A stretch of DNA of 64,000 nt from Octopus sinensis (Eukaryota). The notes beneath the pieces were generated by a model, which saw only the letters and a program-made list of their open reading frames with translations, was not told the DNA's origin and searched no databases. Location: NCBI RefSeq assembly GCF_006345805.1, contig NC_043003.1, forward strand, positions 36,022,001 to 36,086,000, given 5' to 3'. This document shows, piece after piece, positions 39,901-53,395 of the stretch. How positions within the stretch are numbered: position 1 is the first letter of the stretch; each line of letters begins with the position of its first letter. Made by a program: the position numbers and the translations under genes.

Positions 39901-42075
39901 GGTGACTTCAACTACCCTGAAATTGAATGGGAAACTTTTCGTTGGTAATAACACTTTGGACCTGCTCTTTACCACCTCTCCTAGAACTGTTATCAGTGTT
40001 GTGACAAAGGAACCTCTAAGTGAATCCAATCATGTTATGATCATTGCCAATCTGTCTCTTGTAGGCAGAAACAAGAAGCACCACCATCCAGGAGATATCA
40101 ATACTGTTTTTCAAAATATCTTCAGTGCAAGCTGGACAGCATTTGAAGCATCACTACTGTACACACTCTCTAGAAATAAAAACAATGTAATTTGGGAGAC
40201 TGCAGCAGTTCGACTTGCCAGGAAAGATCGTTGTAATGCTGAACAGAAATACACACAGCATAGAACAGATGCGAGCAGAAGATGCAACAGATCATCTAAC
40301 CGACTCAAGCAAGCAACGAAAAGGGCAGGGCTTGAGTTTGAATAATGTGTAGGAACTAGCAACTAGCCCTAACAGCAAAGTGCTCTGAAAATATGTGTGT
40401 TCAAAACAGAGTTGTCACTCCCTAACTGGCCCTCTTCACGATCCCCACACAGGTCAGATGACTGATGAAGCCAAGGAATGCACTGAGCTTATTGCTGAAT
40501 GTTATGCTGGCATCGTTACTCCTGATGACCCCAATGTATCTTCTTCACCAATTCTGACATCAAATTCCATAGCATCTGTGAAATTCACACCCACAATTCT
40601 GTGACACTACCTCAAGAATAAGCGGAACTAGGCCTCTCCTGGTCTCGATGGTGTAACTTATTTTCTTCTCAAATGTGGTGGGTTCTTTCTATTGCACCAG
40701 CTTTCGCCCTTTTGTCAATTCTGCCTTAACAACTGTGTCACATCGGACCACTGGAAAATTGCCAGTTTTATTCCTCTTTTCAAAACAGGTGATCGCACAT
40801 CACCTGTCAACTACTGTCCAGTCAGCCTTACTAGCTGCATCACCAAACTGATGGAGCCCTGTATCAGGGAAACACTCTGAAACTTCTGGTGCTCTCACAG
40901 CCTTATTTAGCCCTCACAATTTGGTTTTATCCCCAACTCTTAGCTGCTGTAGTTAAGTTTCTTGAAGACATAACCTGAGTTATTGATGGCGGCTCATGGG
41001 TGGATACTGTCTACCCTGATTTTGCTAAAGCCTTCAACTCTGTACCACACAAACGACTCATGATAAAAATCCCTGCAGTGAGTGTGAGGGGTGATCTCTA
41101 TAACTGGTTGAAGTCCTTCATTCTCGGCCGGAAAGATGTAGCTACAGTTCTAGGACAACGGTCTTCACCCTACAAGATTACTTCTGGTGTACTACAGGGA
41201 TCTGTTCTTGGACCCTTACTGTTGGTTGCATATATTAATGATATAGATGCCAATTTGAGGAATGTTTCAGTGCTGAAATATGCAGATGACACCAAGCTCT
41301 ACTTTGAAATAAAAAGAACAGATCCTATCTTGCAATCAGACCTGGATACAATGCAGCAGTGGACCTCTGACTGGCAACTCAAGCTAGCTGTAGACAAGTG
41401 TGTCACCATGCATTTTGGGAGGAAAAATCCAGCCTTTACATACTCTCTCAGCAACACCAATCTCAAGAAGTCTTCTACTGGACATGATCTGGGTATTATT
41501 GTATACATGAATCTGCATTGGACAAACCACATATCTAAGATTGTCAAAAAGGCTGAGGGGGTGCTAGCATCACTCAGTAAAACCTTTGTCAGCCACTCTC
41601 CAGCTATCTATTTAAAATTGTATACGACAATGGTATGTCCACACATGGAATTTTCATCAACAGTCTGGAACCCCTCTCTTGCTCAGCATATAAATCTCCT
41701 GGAAACTGTTCAAAAATGTGCAACAAAGCGAATACCCGCCGTCAGACATCTAACATACTCTGAACGTCTTGCATTCTGGGGCATGGATACATTGAAGCAC
41801 AGACGTCTGGCAACTGACTTGATTGACACCCACAAGATTATCCACCATATTTCCAACAACAACCTTGGGTACCTTTTTGAATTCCATATGACAAACACTC
41901 ACGGACATGCTTATAAAATCAAAAAAACAACACATCACCCATGACTTTCGGAAACAATTTTTTATGCTCAGAATTGCAGAAGTATGGAATAAACTACCTG
42001 CATCAGTTGTTAGCTGTCAAGACACTACACCCTTCAGAACTTCCATGTTTCCTGAAATCCGCCAACAGTACACCT
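39901..42075 (+). mobile_element. Decayed CR1-group LINE ORF2 (APE fragment + RT)
   Basis: GDFNYPEIEW, NNTLDLLFT (APE); NYCPVSLTSCITKLME, DFAKAFNSVPHKRL, SGVLQGSVLGPLL, YADDTKL (RT); terminal WNKLPASVV; internal stops. Confidence 0.93.
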
Positions 42076-42561
42076 AATGGCCCTTTTTTCTTTTTAGTTG
42101 TAGTGCACCTGAGTACTGTATACAACGGTTTCCTTCATCATTATATGTGTGTGTGTGTGTGTGTTGACTTTCCGTGCAACATTTTATGGCTGTTAGTCAA
42201 TGTAATGCCACACATTCACTTCTGTTCCCACTCAGTGGTACCCTACGCAGTGTTCAATATTTGGTGCAAGACTGTCTCTCTTTCCTATCTATTTCTCTGT
42301 CCTTTTCATCGCCCCTCTATCTACCTCTCTACCTATATGCTGCTTTTCTCTCTTTACTGCTTTCCATTTCTTCCTCTATCCATCTCTGTCAACTACCTAC
42401 CGTCTATCTTTATTCCCTTATTTCTCCGCACTCTCTCTTTCTTCCTACTTGCTCTTCCCTAACTTTCTCTACTCTCTTTCTTCTCATTTTTGGTACCAAA
42501 AGACAATCCAATTTTTTATCACTCATCGTTTTTCTACTCGACCAGTGCACAGGTAAGACAC

Positions 42562-42748
42562 CATCGTTTAATGTCCATTTTCCATGCTGGAATAGGTTGA
42601 GTGGCTCGACTGGGGCCTGGGAAGCCAGGAGGCTGCACCAGGCTCCAGTCTGATCTTGCAGTGTTTCTACAGGTGGATGCCCTTCCTAACGCCAACCAAT
42701 CTGAGAGTGTAGTGGGTGCTGTTTCTACGTGCCACCGACACAGGGGCC
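42562..42748 (-). mobile_element. SINE 3' part with GACGTTAAA(TGA)n-type tail
   Basis: Reverse complement of 43975-44130 (GGCGTTAGGAAGGGCATCCA...GGACATTAAACGATG). Confidence 0.75.
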
Positions 42749-43061
42749 AATTTCCTGCCTAGTACTAATTTCGGATCCCCAGTTTATCTTTTCACTTTTT
42801 ATTCTTTTCTTCTACCCCATATTTCTATCCTTCTCCTGAGCCTTCTCATTGTACCTTTGGAACACAAGCACCACTATTTTCTTCCCTTTTTGTTAGTTTC
42901 TGTCATGTAGTGTCCCACATTTTGAAATACTTGCAATTTGTATTTTTACTGCTTATTTTAGCTCTGCTTGATACATTTCCAAAATTAAACATTTTAATAT
43001 GCAAAATATACTTCACATTATTATATATACTATGTATTAATGCAAAAAATATTGTGTATAT

Positions 43062-43543
43062 TAGCTATCTTCAAAATGATCTCACCATCAATGGAAAATT
43101 TCAATACCAACTTCCTGAGGCAGTTATGAAAGGCTATCAAGACCAAACACCCAGAAAACTGATGAATGGGGTCTTGTTTCATTAGGACAGTGCTTCAGCA
43201 CACAAGTCTTTGGTTTCAATGGCTGCTGCGTGTGACTGGCATTGAACTGGTTGATCATCCTCCCTATGTTAGTGATTTGGTTCCTTCTGGTTATCATCTG
43301 TTTTCCAACATAGAAAAACACTCAGCTGAACACCAGTATCACTATGATGAGAACATCTTATCTGTTGTTGATGACCATTTCGATCAACAGAAAAGCTTCT
43401 TCACCTGTGTGACCCAAGCACTGCATCTACTAATGGAAGTGTGTGGACAGTAAGAGGAACTATGTAGAAAAAATGAACTTGATTTGGTTACATTCCATTG
43501 AGAGTGTCTTGGTCAGCTTATGAACATTTTAGCCGACCCTCAT
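43062..43543 (+). mobile_element. mariner transposase 3' fragment with right TIR
   Basis: GVLFH*DSASAH...ELVDHPPYVSDLVPSGYHLF (HPPYSPDLAPSDYHLF motif); ends GAACATTTTAGCCGACCCTCATA. Confidence 0.88.
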
Positions 43544-43687
43544 AATTATAAAAATTATTATTATACCTGCATTTGTTTTAATGTTAACATTGGAAAAATC
43601 CACATTTTTCATTAAAAAATTAGGACCTGGGTTTGCACCCCCTTAGCAAATTTTGTTGCTGGGCTACTGTGTGTGTATGTATGTGTG

Positions 43688-44130
43688 GCCGATGACAGTA
43701 CCGCCTGTTTGGCACTCGAGCCAGTGGAACGTTACATGCACATCCTAGCGTGATTGTTGCCAGGGCCACTGTTTGGCTCCCGTGCCGGTGGCACGTAAAA
43801 AGTACCGTTCGAGCGTGATCATTTCCAGCGTCACCTTACCGGCACATGTCACGGTGGCATGAGAAAAACTGCATTCCAGCGTGGTCGGTGCCACTGGCTC
43901 CCGTGCAGGTAGCACGTAAAAAATACCTTTTGAGCCTGGTCGTTGCTAGAACCGCCTGACTACACTGACTAGCACCCACTACACTCTCGAAATGATGGGC
44001 ATTAGGAAGGGCACACAGCTGTAGAAACTTTACCAGCTCAGACTGAGCCTGGTGCAGCCTTCTGGCTTCCCAGTCCTCAGTCAAACAGTCGGCATGGAAA
44101 GCGGACGTTAAATGACGATGATGATAATGA
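43688..44130 (+). mobile_element. SINE 3' part with ~60-bp internal tandem repeats
   Basis: About five diverged copies of GGCTCCCGTGCCGGTGGCACGTAAAAAGTACC...AGCGTG, then a tail ending GGACGTTAAATGACGATGATGAT. Confidence 0.75.
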
Positions 44131-44854
44131 TAATTCATACATATATGCGTGAGTGTGTATATGCATATGTGTATATGTATATATGTGCGTGTGTGTGTGA
44201 ATGTATGTGTGAGCTTGTGTGTAACTTAGTACGTACATACACTAATGTAAATATAATTATATAAAGAAATTTACAATATATATACTTAGACGAATAGGTA
44301 AAAAGATATGTATAAATATATACACATGCGCACACATGTGTATATATACAAACTTCTCATATCATTCACTCTTCCCGTGTGTATAGGTGTTTTTTGTGTG
44401 AGTGTGTATGCGCACATGTACCTCTGTGTGTGTACATGTATGTGTGTTGGTCCATATCGAATATTTGTCCTTCCCAGTTCCTCGACAAAATTCTCATATT
44501 GGAATGTTTCAGAATAATATTTCAACGTTAGAACACTACCACATCATTTTTCTTTTCTGCCCATATTTAATACATTAAATTCCTAGTATATTTTTTTCTA
44601 GTGACAGTTTCGAAAATATTTCTGTATAGCACACAGATATTTTCATATAGATATAGGATCTCTCTCTCCCTCTATCTCTCTCTCTCTTTCTCTCTCTCTC
44701 ACTCTCTCTCCCACTCTCTCTCTTTCTCTCTCTCTCACTCTCTCTCCCACTCTCTCTCTGTCTCTCTCTCCCTCACACACATACGCACCCGCGCACACAC
44801 AAAATCATACACACACAAACACACACATATATATACTCATAAATATATATATAT

Positions 44855-44941
<87 letters not shown>

Positions 44942-44973
44942 CATATATGTATATATGTAATACATATATGAAT

Positions 44974-45044
<71 letters not shown>

Positions 45045-45243
45045 TCTATATAGGGATTCATCTCTATCTATCTGTCTATCAGTCCAGAGATGTATCTATT
45101 CTTCATACTCTATACGCACACACATACACATATGCATTTGGTTGTGTGTGTGTGTATATATACATGCATATATATATTATATATATATATTTATATTTAT
45201 ATATATATATGCATACAGATATATGTATATATGTATATATGTA

Positions 45244-45330
<87 letters not shown>

Positions 45331-45661
45331 GATGGTACTGTCTATACTTTTATCTTCATTTCTCTGCTTTTGTTTCTTTCCAATTTACTCGCTTCTCCTT
45401 TACCTTCTTTTCACGTTGGCAGTTTTGCTTCGGGTTATTGCTTATCTCATTCCATTCGCTTTATTTCATCTCCAGGTTTGTTTATCTGCTTTTTTTTTGA
45501 TCATGTTGTCATGCTTTTTTTTTTTTTGTTTTCGGTTTTTGTTATCTTCCTTTCTCCCCTTTTTTTACACTACATCACCATCTTTCTTCTACCATTTTTT
45601 TTTAGTGTTATCATTATCCTATTTCTTTATTCTTCACCTTTTTCTGGTATTATACATACAC

Positions 45662-45709
<48 letters not shown>

Positions 45710-45792
45710 ATAATTATATATATATTCATGCATATCTGTATCTATCTATCTATATCTATCAATCTATCTATCTATCTATCTATCTACTATCT

Positions 45793-45848
<56 letters not shown>

Positions 45849-46027
45849 CCTATCTATCTGTCTGTCTATCTATCTATCTATCTAACTATCTAGCTATCAG
45901 TCTCTCTATGTATATATATATATACATCATATATATATATATACATATATATATACAGAGAGAGACTGATAGCTAGACAGTCAGATAGACAGATAGATAG
46001 ATAGACAGACAGACAGACATATAGATA

Positions 46028-46065
<38 letters not shown>

Positions 46066-46670
46066 AGTGCGTGTATTTACGTTCTTTTGGGTTTTTTTTT
46101 CAATTGTTAGGGGTGTGGTAATGATGCTAGAGATGGTGGATGCTGGGTATTTACATTACTCATGGAATGGCGGTTCTGATAATGCTGTTGGGACATACAG
46201 AATATCCTCCTCGACTCAACATTAAAGTCTTCTACATTCTCCATTTCTTTTTATTTATTTATTTGTATTATTTCATTTATTTATCTATTGCATTGCATTC
46301 GTTGCTGTCTCACATTAAGCAGTGGCAAAACAATAGATTGCTTTCTGTTTAACTAGGACACAATACATTTTATGTTATCTTTTCATTTACTTTTTTCCCT
46401 TCTCTCCATTTCCAGCTTTCTTACCTTCATACCTTGCTTCACTTCGGCTCCCGTCGACGTTCTCGCTCTGACACTCACGTCTGCCTGAAAATAATTCCTT
46501 TATGCAATATCTTCTACATTTTTTAATGACTGTTTTACTTCCTTACAACTAAATGATGTCCATAGAAGTAACAGAGTATATTACACATATATATATATAT
46601 ATGTGTATATATGATATATGGATATATAATTCATGTATATTAGATGCATATACATAAATGCATATGTGAG

Positions 46671-46705
<35 letters not shown>

Positions 46706-46724
46706 ATATATAAATATATAATAT

Positions 46725-46757
<33 letters not shown>

Positions 46758-46983
46758 GATAGATAGATAGATAGATAGATAGAAAGATTGATAGGTATAC
46801 ATATGCATATATATATACGAGGAGAGAAACAGTGAGATAGACGATTATAGTGAAAAAGGCAGAGAGAGTGCTCGATAATATATATTGATACATAGTTAAA
46901 TGACCGTATAGGCGCACATATGCACATATCTATATACATACATTGACACACACATACTTTGATACTTTGATACTTTGATACAC

Positions 46984-47039
<56 letters not shown>

Positions 47040-47155
47040 GTATATAATATATATATATTGTTATGTATATATATATATATATATATATATGCTTATATAT
47101 ATATACATATATAGAACTATATATATATATGTATACATATATATAAATATATATA

Positions 47156-47214
<59 letters not shown>

Positions 47215-47271
47215 AATATATATACGTTATATACATATATAGAAATATATATATATATATATATATATAAC

Positions 47272-47308
<37 letters not shown>

Positions 47309-47707
47309 ATTAATACATGTATGTATGTATATACTTATGTAGGTATTTGCCTCTCTCCTCCTGGCTCTCATTCTCCGTATGTGTGTCTCTTTTCTATTAT
47401 TTTTTGAATGACAGATCTTTTCCAGTGGTCTATAATGCTTAAATAAATCAATATAGACAGCGGCTGTGACAACCAGAACGATTAGAAAACATGATTATTG
47501 ACTTTGATTATCGTATTATCATCATTATTACTATTATTATTATTATTATTATTATTATTTTATTATTAATATTATTATTGGTGGTGGTTGTGGTGATAGT
47601 AGTAGTAGTAGTAGTAGTAGTAATAGTAGTAGTAGTAGTAGTAGTAGTAGCAGCTGCAGTAGTATTAGTATTAGCCGCAGCAGCAGCAGCTGCAGTAGTA
47701 TTAGTAT

Positions 47708-47746
<39 letters not shown>

Positions 47747-47909
47747 CATCTATTTCAATAGTTGCATGCAGTGTTTCTACCGCATCAACATGTCCATCTC
47801 GTGATTGCTGATGTATTTTCTTTCATGGATATAGAATTGAGTCGGAACACTTCTTCAATTTTGCTTGCTTGTGGTTCTTTTTGTTTTTATTATCATTCTG
47901 CTGTTTTAG

Positions 47910-48046
47910 GGCTTCGTCTCTTGCACTGATTGTATACAAGATGAGATATATTATTTCGTTGCATGTCTGCTGCGTTATGTACCTGCTTTTTGCACATTGT
48001 TTCCATACGGCCTGCAAAATCTTTGGTCCCTTCACTCGCACCAAAA
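47910..48046 (+). CDS. Candidate first coding exon of an unidentified secreted or membrane protein (CDS 47941-48046)
   Basis: Pyrimidine tract + TTTTAG acceptor (47908-09); ATG at 47941 in ACAAGATGA context; MRYIISLHVCCVMYLLFAHCFHTACKIFGPFTRTK; consensus donor GTGAGT at 48047; phase-1 intron. Confidence 0.55.
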
Positions 48047-48489
48047 GTGAGTGAAGACTACATTCAACCAAAAATTGTTATCAAAAGCGCCTGTCTTCTG
48101 AGGTAAAGCTCAACTACATCGATAGTCTTCACTACGGACACGTATACAGAGATGGTGAGGTTTTATCAAGAATAGTCAAAGGAAGCTAGCTCAGTATTTA
48201 AAAGAAGCCCTTATTTTCAGGATGTTAAACGTATCAATACCGTCAGCTCTGATTATGACAGTTGTAAAAGCGTATTTATCTCAAAGGGTGTGGATATGAA
48301 ACATGGACAGCCGACTACCGTGTCACGCTAACTGCATACGTCTTCACACTGTTTCATACTTGTTATGTTGCACAAGTAATATATATAATGAGCGAAACTT
48401 CCATTAATTGTTTTAAAAGAGCCAAATTCGCTGCGCCGATCATATATGAACAATATTGTCATACATTGTTTGCGTGGAAAAACGTCGTA

Positions 48490-48705
48490 TCGGTTTCAAA
48501 TTTTGGCAGAAGGTCAGCAGTTTAGGGAAAGGGGTAAGTCGATTATATCAACCATGGTATTCAACTGATACTTACGTTACCGACCCCGAAAGGATGAGAG
48601 GCAAGGTCGAACTTGGTGGAATTTGAACTAAGAACGTAAGGACAGACGAAATGACACTGCGCATTTTGCTCGATGCAGTAACGATTTTACTAGCTCACCG
48701 CCTTC
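48490..48705 (-). mobile_element. tRNA-derived SINE (third family); partial second copy at 48918-49066
   Basis: Minus strand GGCGGTGAGCTAGTAAAATCGTTA...GTTCAAATTCCACC...TCATCCTTTCGGGGTCGGTAA; decayed relatives near 2940-3300, 6320-6450, 7140-7300, 30120-30400 and 39615-39690. Confidence 0.8.
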
Positions 48706-49245
48706 GTCGGAAATTACTATAGTGAAACTGTGAATTTTTGAAGGAAACACACATATACGAGGCGGAAGCCGAATATGAGTTCTGTAAATCTTCCTACACT
48801 GTATCACTATTTCTAGTGCAGAAATGCTCAAATCAGCCGTCATTAGATATATGAGGCATAAGCAATCGTGTAACCGAATAGGTTAATTTAATGATCATGG
48901 ATAGAGAAACAAAATATTGGTTTCAGATTTTGGCACAAGGCCACCAATTTCGAGGGAAGAAATAAGTTGGTTACACTGACCGCAGTAATCGACTTGTATT
49001 TATTTTATCGAACCCCAAAACTTGAAATGCAAGTTGAACTCGGTGGAAATTGAACTTAGAACGTAATTGGATATTTAAGGATATTGACGACCAAATAATT
49101 ATAGGAAATATATCCTATTATTTAGCAAAAATCTGCTGTTGGCATAGGCGTAGCTGTGTGGTAAGAAGCTTGCATCCGCGCATGTGTCGGGTTATTTGCT
49201 GTCTGGATTTTGTAAAAGTCGGACGTAGTTTTTAGTGTTGCTTAG

Positions 49246-50059
49246 ATGTACTCAGACCTTGATGGGTCTGAGTTGTTGCCGTCGGAAGAGGAGCTGGTAA
49301 GAGCTGTCATAATGATGGACAGAGTGTTGAAGACAAGGAGTTTTGCTGAAGCCACGAAGGTGAAGCGAAGGGTGCTGGACTTGGCTGGTCTGAAGGAGTA
49401 CGAGGGGATGGCTCAGAAAGTGGGCGACGACGTGAAGCTGTCGCTCTCCAAAAGAATTATGGAGATGATGGAGAAGAAAACGATCACATATAAGGAGTAC
49501 TCGTTGAAAGGAAAAAAAGCAGAACAGGTGGAGGCACAAGTGGAAAAGGCGCTGAGGGGACGAACAAAGGAGATACGCACATAACCAAAGGGAGAAGATA
49601 TGGGACAATTGTCGTCCAATTTAGGTTAGTAGAAGAGGCGAGGAGGCTGGCGGGCGTGGCGGTGAAAACGGCGGAAGTAGTGATTCTGCCCACATACCTT
49701 GGAAGAAAGACTTCCAAGGTGAGGATAGAAGCAATCCACCGGATATAGAAGTGGCTTGGGTAGCGGCAGCTGTCCTTGCTGGAAGCAAGAAGGTGGTTGT
49801 CCTCCAAGCCACAGAAAAGGAAGGAGGGTGGAAAGGAAGGATACTTGAACTCATTATTCAGGCGGAGGCGGGTCAATTGGACTGCCCTCAGGACAGTATG
49901 CACATTAGAGCATTCCTAAGGACAATGACTGAGGAAACAGTTGTGGAGACGGAAGAGAAAAATAGGAAGAAAAAACAGAAGGAGGAAAGCAGGAAAAGAA
50001 GGAAGAATGGAAAGTTACAGAGAGCAGGAGAAAAAGAAAAAAAAGAAAAATCACTATGA
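49246..50059 (+). pseudogene. Frameshifted ORF, probably a LINE ORF1/gag-like relic
   Basis: Purine-rich island whose overlapping frames can be joined (RSFAEATK...YITKGRRYGTIVVQF...VILPTYLGRKTSKVRIEAI...IEVAWVAAAVL); intronless with several frameshifts; family assignment is inferred. Confidence 0.5.
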
Positions 50060-50306
50060 TGAGATACTTCAGTCCAACTCATTTTCAGATATCATTCATG
50101 TTATCATATTTTAATTTGTTTTTCATGTTCATTTTCATGTGTCATTCATTATATCATATTTTATTTTTATATTTTTAATTGTCCCCACATGTGTTGTAGT
50201 GTCCCTCTCTGTGTAATGCCTTTGTGGCAATTTAAAAGGAATAAAGATTCAGTCTCACAGCGTTGCAACTTAGTTAAGTGTATTCTACTAGAGCTTGATT
50301 TGCTAG

Positions 50307-50337
<31 letters not shown>

Positions 50338-50407
50338 TATATGTATATATGTATATATATTATATATATATATATATATATACATACATATATATATATA
50401 TATATAA

Positions 50408-50458
<51 letters not shown>

Positions 50459-50612
50459 GCATATATACTTACAATTTAAAAATGGGATAAAAATCTTTAT
50501 AAGAATTCCCTCATATTCGGTACTATGTGTTATCTATTTTTGTAGTTTTGACTTTAAAAGTCCCTCCTAGTTTGAGGCATTTATATATAGTAATGCCCTA
50601 TGTTAAAGTATA

Positions 50613-50790
50613 GGCGCAGGAGTGGCTGTGTGGTAAGTAGCTTGCTAACCAACCACATGGTTGCGGGCTCACATCTTGGGCGAGTGTCTTCTGCTATAGC
50701 CCCGGGCCGACCAATGCCTTGTGAGTGTATTTGGTAGACGGAAACTGAAAGAAGCCTGTCGCATATATGTGTATAATATATATATATATA

Positions 50791-50843
<53 letters not shown>

Positions 50844-51060
50844 ATGTGTGTGTTTTTGTGTCTGTGTTTGTCCCCCTAGCATTGCTTGACAACCGATGCT
50901 GGTGTGTTTACGTCCTCGTCACTTAGCGGTTCGGCAAAAGAGACCGATAGAATAAGTACTGGACTTACAAAAGAATAAGTCCCCGGGTCGATTTGCTCGA
51001 CTAAAGGCGGTGCTTCAGCATGACCGCAGTCAAATGACTGAAACAAGTAAAAGAATAAAA
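50613..51060 (+). mobile_element. tRNA/CORE-like SINE with internal (TA)n(TG)n
   Basis: GGCGCAGGAGTGGCTGTGTGGTAAG head; tail ...CAAATGACTGAAACAAGTAAAAGA. Confidence 0.9.
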
Positions 51061-51073
51061 GAAAGAAAGAAGA

Positions 51074-51119
<46 letters not shown>

Positions 51120-51289
51120 GGGTGGGGAGAAATTAAAGTTGAAAATGATACACCGAGAATAGTTAAAATATTTGTTATTAATATGTTTAAAGCTCTCACA
51201 GTTTTACACTGATTTTCAAAAATTTGTCTTGTGTTTCGATCTTGACCTATATTTATAGGGACTTCATGGCTCAAGTTGGTAAGTGTTTT

Positions 51290-51727
51290 GCATAGGATTT
51301 AATTCAAATTCACTTCAGAAACCAGTTATATTGAATTACCATTCCTAGATTTTTACATACAAATACACGTCTCCATAGTCACAAGAAAAATATTTTTACA
51401 AAACACGGACAAGCACCAATACTTGAAATTCTACTCTAGCCATTCCTCATACAACAAACAGAACGTTCAATACAATATGACAAGACGTAATTAATAACAA
51501 AAAATACGTAAAATCCGATTTAATGAGCTCATAAGGCTTCCTAAAAAAACAGAATTGCCCCTGAAAATTAATAAATGATGGAATTATAGAGGCGATGAAG
51601 CTGAACATCACACAACTAAGGACACCAAAGAAAAGAATTAAAAAACGTACTATTTCAATTACCAATATGCACAATCCTGGAGTAACCAACACTTTTCACA
51701 CTATAACATCAAACATAACGATACTAA
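51290..51727 (+). pseudogene. Penelope-like RT C-terminal/thumb fragment
   Basis: KFTSETSYIELPFLDFYI...NTDKHQYLKFYSSHSSYNKQNVQYNMTRR...LINDGIIEA...HNPG matches PLE IKFT.E....LPFLD...PTD..QYL...S.HP...K..IPY..ARR. Confidence 0.88.
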
Positions 51728-51811
51728 TAATAATAGTAATAATAATCATTATTATTATTATTATTATTATATTATTATTATTATATATTATTATTATTAT
51801 TATTATTATTA

Positions 51812-51878
<67 letters not shown>

Positions 51879-51881
<3 letters not shown>

Positions 51882-52015
51882 TAGTTTTATTTTTATAGCG
51901 TGCTTTCACTTCACTACCGAGCGCAGCTCTGTGTGCCTTGGGTATGTGCTGTGATTTGTTGTGATGCTCTGATGGTTATTGTATGGAAAATGTTCTGCGT
52001 AGGATGTTTGCAAAA
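51879..52015 (-). mobile_element. R4/Dong LINE extreme 3' end followed by (TAA)n
   Basis: Minus strand ANILRRTFSIQ*, a short 3' UTR, then (TAA)n at ~51725-51878. Confidence 0.75.
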
Positions 52016-52049
52016 TTATTATATTCACTTAGTTTTACATGTGTACAGT

Positions 52050-52826
52050 TTTATCGCAAACGCTTCAGAACTGTCAAGTGAAATGTCTGGTTAATAGTTT
52101 GACACGGAGGACGAGCAAACACTGTGTGGACACTTCCTTTCGCATCGATAAAACAAATCATCATCGTCTTGATAATGGACTTCACTTGACGCGCTTTTGA
52201 CGTGGAGGGCAGGGTGAAATTGAATGTTACCATTGACTCGATTGCTGCTTCGTTTCCAGGTCGTAGCCGTAGCACCAGTTTTCGTCACCAGTGATGACCC
52301 ACGATAAAACGTTCCGATCAACTTCCAACTGCTCTTTCAGTTCACGAAACGCTTTCAGTTGTGCATGTTTTTGGACTTCCATTAGCAAGTGAAGCGCAAA
52401 TTTTGCTGCAACTTTTTCATTCGCAAATCCTCGCTCAAAATTCGTTTGAAGGAGCTCCAGGAAACACCAACGATATCAAGTTCATCAATTGTTCGACAAC
52501 GGTCCTCTAAGATCAGTTCATGAATTTTCGTGATGTTTCTTTTTACGTTCAGGAAGTAGAGGGTCTTCCTGAACGAGTTTGGTCTTCAAGCATCAAGTGA
52601 CTATTCCTACAATGTGAAAACCACTCGTAAAGTTTTGCTCATGGGAGAACAAGGGAGAAGAGAAGCACCGCAAAACAAAAACGCACCACGTGACAGTAAG
52701 ACTCGATCTGAAGACGCCGGTCAGCAGACTGATGCCTGAGGTTTACATCAAGTGGCTTCTTGCAGAAGAAGCCTGAACTACAACGGGCTTGTGTCACAGA
52801 GAAAGCTTCCGGTTACTTTGAAAGTC
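52050..52826 (-). mobile_element. mariner transposase 5'/central fragment
   Basis: YEWF...LEDQTRSGRPSTS (HTH region); ITGDENWCYGYDLETKQQSSQW; KTMMICFIDAKG; QTINQTFHLTVLKRLR. Confidence 0.88.
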
Positions 52827-52849
52827 AAGGAACGTGTTCCAGTCTTTCC

Positions 52850-53395
52850 CATTGGCTCCTACGTTGTCATTATATTATGAAGAATCATACCAAGTGACCC
52901 TATAGCAAAAATTATTATACGAGCGAACAAGCCAAAGCCAATGGAAGACATCATCATTTAGACCCAATACAAGAGGCTGGAATACATGATAAAATCTATT
53001 TCAATTTTTAGCATTGAAATTTAAATGCCATTGTTAAATGTGCAATGCATGTGATAGAGGAAAATTCTGACGTCATATATAATAAAGCTTCGTGCTACCA
53101 AGGCGACAACATCTGCAACGGTATAACGGAACATGAAGGATGAGATATAAATATTTGTATATGCTAAAGGTTGTTGTAGTGAATCAGAACTAAATGCAAA
53201 TTAAAACTGGAGAAGTATTTAAGAGGAGTGTCAGGAAGATCTTAAGAAGGTAATTAAATAGAGAGAACGGGATTGAAGCGATCGCCGCCCTGGAAATACT
53301 AATACTGCAATATTCTGTAGCTCTACTTGAGCTGATAAAAAGCGAACTTCATGAGTTTGATAGGCAAGCCAGGAAATTATTAACGAAGCACAACT
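52850..53395 (+). pseudogene. Highly decayed R4/Dong RT fragment
   Basis: VRKILRR*LNRENGIEAIAALEILILQYS...ELHEFDRQARKLLTKHN; parallels the thumb region at 35103-35450. Confidence 0.6.

Noticed and set aside
41000-41944. 314-aa RT ORF as an active gene
   Set aside because: It lies in a LINE with upstream stops, deletions and altered conserved motifs.
44911-45976. Long ORFs (324 aa, 276 aa) and the many YIYI/HTHT/CVCV/poly-E/K/L/I ORFs across the window
   Set aside because: They are translations of stop-free microsatellites, with no domain content.
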